Of a DNA stretch of 55,735 nucleotides, positions 37,301 through 46,300 are shown in pieces. Below the pieces are notes generated by a model. The model saw only the letters and a program-made list of their open reading frames with translations, did not search any database and had not been told where the DNA came from. Origin of the DNA: Chara braunii (Eukaryota > Plantae > Charophyceae); NCBI GenBank assembly GCA_003427395.1, contig BFEA01000023.1, positions 3,009,636 to 3,065,370 on the forward strand. Direction: 5' to 3'. Position 1 is the first letter of the stretch; the number at the start of each line of letters is the position of its first letter. The translations under genes and the position numbers were made by a program.

Positions 37301-40300
37301 AAGCTAGGTATGGACAGACAGAGATCGGGTAGATCTTGTGCCAATCCAGCAGAGCCAAGTGAACTGTGTGGAGGTTGTGAGGGAGGGTACACATGTTTTG
37401 TTGTGCCTCTTCCTACTGCCCTTTGAATTTGGTATCACTTTGTGAAGTTTGTGTCCATTTCTCAGCCAATGATTTCACAGTTTGCTTAACCATAAGTTAT
37501 CTCCACGCTGAATTACAGTGACTATAGTCTTCCCTCAAAGAGAACATATGGTCATTGTAGCTGTATTTTAGCCAACTTTCAGTCTAGATACTGCGATAAA
37601 GACTACGTTTCATTCAGGGGAAGACGGTAGTGGATGAGGCTTGGTATGTACAGTTGGCTGGGCCATTCCACCACAAGTTATCTCATACCTGAAGCTATCC
37701 AATTACTGAATAGCTCACAATCTGACAGGAGATGTCGTCGCTTTTTCTGTGCAGATGAAACATGTGACGTCTGCTTTTGTCAGAGGCTTGTCAGACCTGA
37801 TAGATCCGAGGTGGCTCCGCATCTTCAATGCAAGGGAATTCAACCAGGTAAGCTTGTCTCCATATCGGTTTGATCATGTGCAAAGGCATAGGAGGTTTGA
37901 TCATGTGCGAAGGCATTGGTGGTCATTTCAAACCAGTCCTTTTCAGGGAGCTCTGTTTTTGTGCATGTGTGCGTGATCTGTATGTGTGTGGGTGTTTTTG
38001 TGTGTAGAGGATGTGTGTGTGTGTGTATGGAGATGTGTGTGTGTGTGTATGGAGATGTGTGTGCAACATGTTTGCGTATGTCCCCAGCATGGTATAATGC
38101 ACTGTACCAACGCAACACCTCAGGAAGAAAATATGCTTCGGAGTGAGTCAAGTCCTTAGATGACCCTCGAAGTAATACGACCAAAGAATGCAGAAGCTAC
38201 ACGGGAAAAAGCGGCAAGGCTACAAGGCGAAAGGGAGTGGCTGAAAAGGCAGCGAGGCAAAAAGCATAAGGCAAACAGCAGAAAGGAAAGAGGTGCAGCA
38301 AAAGGCAGGGAGGTATTGCATTGAACAGCAAGCGGCAGCAAGGCGCATAGGTGGAGGGCACGGGGGAGGCAGGTGGCCAGACGAGCAGCACAAGGCAGCA
38401 AGGGAAGCGGCAGTGAGCTAAACAGAAGCAAGGCAAAAGCAGCCAGAGGCAAAAAGCAGCAAACAAGAAAATTACAAGTACAACAAAAAAACCCGAGTAC
38501 AACAAAAAGACAAAGAGCAAAAGAAAACAGAACTGGTGATGATAGGTTGTTTTGTTGGATTGGCACCAACTCATCAGGAGGCTGAACCGTCAACACAATC
38601 TCTGGAATCCCCATATTGATGCTTTGAGTTATGAACCCTTTGACTCGAGTTTTGACTGACTGCAGCACAAGCAGCAAAGCAATGACGTAGCGAGGCACAA
38701 CACAGCGCTGACAAAGCAGCCAAACTACAAGGCAAGCAGGCATGCCGCGCAGAAAGACACATGAGGATGATGAAGGTGGTGAGTGAAGAGGGGCATATGA
38801 GGAGGATGAAGGTGGTGCATGATGAGGAGCATGTGAGAGGATGAAGGTGGTGAATGAAAAGGGGCACATGGAGAAGGAAGACGGTGAGGGAAGGGGTACG
38901 TTGTGGAGGAAGAGAAGGAGAAGGGGGGGCACATCTCTTATCTTCTTGCAGTGTAGAGGAGAAAGAGGACCAGGAGGACACCTTTCTCCTAATGTTATCT
39001 CATTCCGTAAGCCGCATACCACAGAAGGTCAGTTGCTGTCCTACTGGCGTCACGCTATCTATTTGTTTTCTGCACAAGTTCTGGTTTTTGCGGGCACGCC
39101 TCATCAGGTAATCTACTACCCTCTTCCCCTGAACATAACGCACCCTGAAATTGAACGTATGCAAGCTATATTTCCGGTCCTGTACAGCCAAGATGAGAGT
39201 GCGTTGTGTTCGGGGGAAGACGGTAGAGTTACTGTGACATCTGTTGTATTGACATAGTGCCCCCCTGCTCCTGTGATAGAGCAGTTCTTATCCTGGTTGC
39301 AAAGTGAAACTGGACCCTTTTTGTCCATTTGTGTGCATTTACCCTGACACAGTGGCATCAGGACATTAACTTTTTTTGGTAGCCAGGGTATGATGACAAA
39401 ACATCAGGAAGACAGGTGGACAGAAAGGTAGGCATGGATGCAGACAGATAGACAGAGCACAAGGGACACGTAACCACAGTACAGGAAGCCTGTGATTTCA
39501 TTTAGCGTCCGGCTGTGAAGATGGCGGCTATAAGAAAGAGAAAATATTTAAAACATTCTGGAATTCGGAAAAGGAAAAAAAGTTTATAAAACATGAAAGA
39601 AGTCGCCTATGTGTGCTTGTACTCTGGACGCTGGAGTCAGCTGGCTTAAGTGGAGATACCCATCTTATTCTGCCGTATGATGGCACTGCTAAGGGGCCAA
39701 GATCAGCTGGCTGAAGGTTCTGTCATTTTCATCTAATGGATTGTATACTCTGTGGCTTGGGTGCAGCTTCTCTCAGGTGGAACCCAAGACATTGATATCG
39801 AAGATCTGAAGGAGAACACCAGATACACAGGGGGGTATTCAAGTACCAGCCGAACGATCCAGTACTTCTGGGATGTGAGTACAAGCTCACTCTCCTACAA
39901 CGATGATAACTCTCTCTCTCTCTCTCTCTCTCTCTCNNNNNNNNNNNNNNNNNNNNNNNNNNNNNNNNNNNNNCAGTTAGGTCTTCCATGCGCTCATCCA
40001 CCCCATCCTTACAATGTGTGTCCTTTCTGTCGTCAAGGACAGCCTCATTCTTGAGCTTTTTCTTGCCCTTTCCTTTGCCCTCTTCCTCATTCTACACTCC
40101 GTATTTTCCCTCTTCCATTCTTTGTTTGTCCTCTCTCTGTCTCTTTTCCCTGTGTTTAACACCTTCCCCTTCACTCTGCCTCTCTCACAGCATGCAAGTG
40201 GGCTGTAAAGGCATACGGGGATGGGGGAAGCTCGCGCCCAACTTCATCAACGTGGCGAGCCTTGCACGTGAGAGGCACAGTGGAGGTGGAGTTCAAAGAA

Positions 40301-41756
40301 GAATGAGAAATTTAATGGTTTCAATCTGCCCTTGCTTTTTGTTTTTGTTTTTGTTTTTATTTTTGCAATGTGCCCGTTTTTTGTTTTTATTCTTTGTTTC
40401 GCAAAGTGCGCTCTTTTAGTTTGTAGTTATGTGACAATATATGTATATATATTCACAGCCCCTTGTTTGTTGTCCTCTTCTCCCTCTCTGCCTACGGTTT
40501 ACAGGACAGCTCTGTTTGACTATACATTCTATGTGACAATATATACGCACCTCTGTATGACAACATACATATATATCGTCAAAAACCGTAGGCAGAGAGG
40601 TAGAAGAGGACAACAAACGAGGGGCTGTGAGATAATTGGTCTCTATCGGTCTCTCTCTCTCTTGATTCTCCACCTTTCGATTCGCAATTAGTCGACGCGC
40701 TGATGTACGGAGCGCATCTGTACACATTCGTCGTGAACATTGAAGCTGGAGAGCGCGATCTCGGAAAAGGTGCAAGCAAAATCCGTTTGTGTCTACAACG
40801 GAAATGGTGCCGCTGGACGCACCGGGACAGAAATGAACAGTAAGAATGGCCAAGGAACAAAAAAAACAGCCCCACAGTCAGATCCTCTTGTGAAAGTGCT
40901 GGCTTGAAGGTGCCCCAGGATTATACCCACATCAGACCACTATGTACTTGTATTCAAACATTCACGAAGAATCTTCGAGCCACGATTCGATGCGATCCGA
41001 GCCGCTTACCTGTGCATCACGAAACTGAGCAAAACAAAACACCTATCTGAAGAAACCAGGGAACCTGCGGACCTCAGGAAATGTCTTTTGCTGGGCCCAT
41101 TGGGAAGCATTTTCCGGGGTACGGCTTATGATTTAAGCATTTAGTAGAAATAGGCCGTGAAGCGGCGTTAGCAGTCAACACTGCACCAGTCCATTTACAT
41201 TTCGTTTCACGTACGTTCCCGAATTCCGCTATCACCAAATGAAGTACAAACAGGCCACGAGGCGGCGGTACCTGTCAATGCTGCACGCGTCCACTTGCAT
41301 TTCATTTCACTTGGAGTCATCCATCCGGCGTTTTCCATTCCTCATGTCCATATCCGCAATGGTGCAGCATATATATTCCGATACTTGTTGTTGATCAAGG
41401 AGAAAGGATACATTGAAGACAGGGTTGGTAACCAGAGACAACTCCCGCCTAGGGGGAATTTAATATTGGATCTATTGATTCCTGTGAGGGTAATTGGATT
41501 TGCTTTGACTGCCGAACCAGTGAGATGCAGGGAGAGATAATGAGAGAGGGAAAGGAAGAAGGGAGGAAGGGACGGAGGGATCAAGGATCATAAGAGAGGG
41601 AAAGGAAGAAGGGGGAATTGGATTTGCTTTGACTGCCAAACCAGTGAGATGCAAGGCTGTCACAAAGAGCCAAGAGATCCAAACAAAAATCCAAAAGCAT
41701 AATGATGCACAACACAGGGGGAGGGAGGAAGGGATTGAGGGAAGGCAGGGGAAGAT

Positions 41757-41830
<74 letters not shown>

Positions 41831-42444
41831 GGGGGGGGCATACACGGGCCTCTACAGGGCCCAATCAGTAGGACTAGAGGCTGGGACGAGGTCCTAGGGG
41901 TGTAGAGTCCGTTAGGGCCTGTTACCGGATCCATTTGAGGCCTAGGGACGGTTGGGGGGTCTGTTACGGGGTCCAGTTTAGGACCGGTGTCGTTTGGGGT
42001 CCAGTTAGGTCCAGTAGCAGTCTAGTGCAGGCCCTGGCACGTTCTCGTTTTGCCGCCAGGACTCTATTCGTTTCGGCACCGTTTTCAGTTAGGCACCAGA
42101 CACATTCAGGCCCAAGCGGAGTTCGGAAATGGTTGGGTGCCAGTTGAGGCGCCAGTTGGAGGCCGGACCTCGTTCGGATCAGCACTATATATAGCTGGTC
42201 CATAGCTGGTCCTCCTCCAGTCTGGCACGAAGTCTTGAGTTGTATTCGAGTAGAGCATGGGCGTAGTCCACACAGCGCTGGGCTCTGCACTAGGATTAGT
42301 CTCGAGCTTCGGTGGCAGCATACTGCCACGGGAGTAGAGGAACAGCGTTCAGGTGGAGGCCAAGGGACTTACCTGATGCAATAGCTCCAGCTTCGTCTTC
42401 AGCATTTCCGTACCTGCGTTAAGGCACCACCTTTCTGCAGGTTA

Positions 42445-42476
<32 letters not shown>

Positions 42477-42490
42477 GTGTGTGTGTGTGT

Positions 42491-42551
<61 letters not shown>

Positions 42552-43302
42552 TCTTCTCCGCCTGTCTCCATCGCTCGTCATCTTCTCGAGTACATGAGGG
42601 TTGAGAGTGAGACTTGTCACACTGTTCTTTGGATTGACCTTGGACAGAGACATTGTGGGCAGGGTTGTTTTGGCGCCTACCGCCTACGCCTACCGTAGGC
42701 GGTAGGCGCGCCTAGCAGTCGGGCCGACCCGTAGGCGGACCCGTCGGCGGTTGGCAGACTGCCTAATTTTTTTTAATTTTTTTGTCTGATTACATGGTCG
42801 TGTGCGGCTCGAGGAGAGCAGCCCAATCCCTGTCTCTTATACACATCTAGATGTGTATAAGAGACAGATATATATATATATCGTAACTTCGGGAAGAAGA
42901 AGGCAGTAGACACTGTGGGAAGGGTATTCGGCAATCAGCAAAAGTCAGATCGGCTGGTCGGCAGCCGACGGGTCCAGGGCCGCCGACCGTCGGTGTGACT
43001 ACCCTGATTGTGGGGGACTATTGGTGGGGATTCCATGAGTGACATTTGAGTTGACGACATCTCCATATTTTCTCCTCTTCGTCTCATCCCCCTCCTCTTC
43101 ATCTGTGGATGTTGTGCAGACCTGGCGCTCTTCGTCTGTGTGTCAGCGCCAGGTCCTCTCACCCTATATGAGGATGATCAGTGGTTTGTAGTCGGTCTGA
43201 GTCTTGATTGGTCAGATTCTGGTATTTCAGTCTTCCGCTGTGCTATCATTGCTCTATTTCTTTGAGGTTGGTTCGTGGTTCTGATCTGTGCCTTATAGGC
43301 AT

Positions 43303-43340
<38 letters not shown>

Positions 43341-46300
43341 CGAAAGGAGAGAAACTGCACCCCTCTTTTTTCACGTCGGCATCCTTGAATCCAGCAGCAT
43401 TTGAACTGGTGGTCTGTTGATCAAAAGGTGTATGTGTGTGCCATACAGCCATGCTGAAAGGAGATAATTTATAAAGTGCTGTAAATTGCAACCAAATGGC
43501 AATGTCAGGTTTTCGATGATCCATTGGCATACGGTGTGAAAAAAAACACGCTACCCGTCAAAATGTGAAACTGATCAATGCATGTTGATCTGGATGTGAT
43601 CCACAGGTTGTCTCTCAGTTCGGAAAAGAGGAGAAATGTGCGCTGCTGAAGTTTGTTACAAGTTGTTCGCGCCCACCTCTGTTGGGTTTCCAGCATCTGC
43701 AGCCGTCCTTCACCATTCACAAGGTAGGTCGGGACTCGGTGCCAAACCGCCTCAAATTGCCGTCTCATCACTCCCTCGAATCACTGATCTTTCTTGCTGT
43801 CATTCGGGAGAAGACGATTCCAAATCCTTCTGTTCTAATTGTTATACATTATCGTTAATGCTTCGATCAGGAATTGTCATTATCACAGTATCGTTAACGC
43901 TTTGATCAGGAATTGTAATTCTTTCTCTGTTGAGTGGAACTCTCTTTCTCTGTGCAGTGATGAATGTGAGCATTGGTTGGTGTAATAAACCATCTGTGCT
44001 TCGAGCAACGTTTGTGTGCTCTTCGTCTTTGCTGTGTTCGCCGAAGTTTTTTCTTTTTCTTTCTTTCCACTTCCCCTTTTAAAAGGGCGACAGCCTTCAG
44101 ATATCATAAATGCACTGACCGGCCCAATGCAGTATTTCACTTATATGTTTAGAGTGGGGGATTCGAATTCAGGTCTGTATTTTGACAGTCCAGGGTCGGT
44201 TGGTGTGTTCGCTGAAGTTTATATCCTAAAAAGAATGAGTAATCTTCTGAACCACCACTTACCTCCTGGGAGATGAGGGGAACCTCTCCACACAGAATAA
44301 AAACCTGCTGCCGTTGGATTGTCTACTAAAGAGATTGTCATTTCATTTTCTTAAGTAGTCAAAAGCAGTGGTATTTCACTTGTGATATAAGGTTCCCACT
44401 CAAGTAATTCTGCACCTCTGAAGTCTTTACTAAGCGTCAAAGGACACCCAATGTCAGCAGAGTCTTCTTTTCTCAGCAAGTCTTCCAGGCCTGTTCCCCT
44501 GCATTGGCTGTGGTTTTCCAGGATGGCAGATAGGTACAGTGGGTTTCTTGCTCTACCAATTGCACGTTCTCAGTAATGTTGGGGATTCCTCTCACCAGAT
44601 TGCTGACCCAAATACTGTCGTACGACAGATTCGCCGTCTTCCTCAGAACACAGTGCGTTATATTCAGGGGGAAACCGTAAAGATGGGAATGAAGTGAACA
44701 CATTTAGACCATTGACACATCTAGACCATGGACACATTTAGACCAAGGACGCATTTAATTTTAGACCATGGACAGCCACTCGTTCGGATGAGGCAAATGG
44801 TTTGAACTCTTTGGGCTTACTTATGCTAGGACTTTCTGCAATGTACAGGATGGCAACGACAAGGACGCATTTAATTTTAGAGCATGGACAGCCACTCGTT
44901 CGGATGAGGCAAATGGTTTGAACTCTTTGGGCTTACTTATGCTAGGACTTTCTACAATGTACAGGATGGCAATGACTGCCAGTTTCAGTTGACAAGCCCT
45001 TTGTGATTGAATAGGTGTAGTGGCATGGTACTTGTGGTACCGTTCAGTTCTGCGTTTGGAACCAGGTGAAACCACCCGAAGCCCAATGACTTGGGTCAGT
45101 GTCCTATGCTTGTCTTGTTTTTTTTTCTTTTCTTTTTCTTTTTAGCATTTGTTTTGCAAAGTGCGCTGCCCCTCGTTTGTTGTCCTCTTCTCCGTCTCTG
45201 CCGACAGTTTACCGGGCAGTTCTGTTTGATGATATTTGTCGCAGTTTGGCGATTCTCATTATGGTCTGTGAGTGACTTCCACTTTAGGTAAGGGTGTGTA
45301 GATTAGCCCCGCCCTTTCCTCAAGCTTTCTGACAGTCGAGCAGGGAATCGTAAGTGAGAGTTATTGTGCCTTCAACTGCATTGAGCAGGTTATTGTGCGT
45401 CAGATGGTTGTGTCTAACAAGTTATGGCTCATCCTGGTTCGCGATTTGACTGAGCAGGTTCCTTGTGAAACTCCATCATTCTGGACTGTGATTGGTGGAC
45501 CGGATGTTGACCGCCTTCCATCTGCTTCAACGTGCTACAACACTTTGAAGGTTGGTGTAGCCTCCGCACATACCAGTACTCTGTTTCTGACTGTTGCTTT
45601 GGTGTTTCGTGTTTTTGTATTTTGGGGGGGGTGGAGAAGAGAGGGACCCTAGCATTCCATTAGGTTGAAGGCCTTGCGAATAATTCCAGTCCTATAATTC
45701 CAATAGTTTTGACTTTTCTAAGGCCTTGTGAATCTTCTGTGCTGCCTTTTTTTTTTTTTTAATATATCCATATGTGTACAGGATTGTCCCTCCGTTCCTG
45801 ACTGCAGGCACCCTCCTCATCCGGACACTATATGTCCATTTTGTGGCCACGGACGCTATGCTGAATGCATGCTCTTTTGTGGGGGGCGTTCTTCCTTTAT
45901 TCTGGCCTGCAATANNNNNNNNNNNNNNNNNNNNNNNNNNNNNNNNNNNNNNNNNNNNNNNNNNNNNNNNNNNNNNNNNNNNNNNNNNNNNNNNNNNNNN
46001 NNNNNNNNNNNNNNNNNNNNNNNNNNNNNAACTTCATCAACGTGGCGAGCCTTGCACGTGAGAGGCACAGTGGAGGTGGAGTTCAAAGAAGAATGAGAAA
46101 TTTAATGGTTTCAATCTGCCCTTGTTTTTTCTTTTTCTTTTTCTTTTTCTTTTTATTTTTGCATGTTATCACTGTGCCCGTTTTTTGCTTTTATTCTTTG
46201 TTCCGCAAAGTGCGCTCTTTTAGTTTGTAGTGATGTGACAATATATACTACCTGTTATGGATTGAGCCTTTCCCATCCGGGTTGATCAAGCTCTAGTCTG

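Noticed and set aside
38156-39022. 288-aa minus-strand ORF
   Set aside because: It is low-complexity Leu/Cys/Phe sequence from the antisense of an A/G-rich tract, with no recognisable domain.
42830-42867. Genuine Tn5/IS50 insertion or horizontal transfer
   Set aside because: It is the synthetic mosaic-end pair in the exact library-adapter arrangement, with no transposase nearby.
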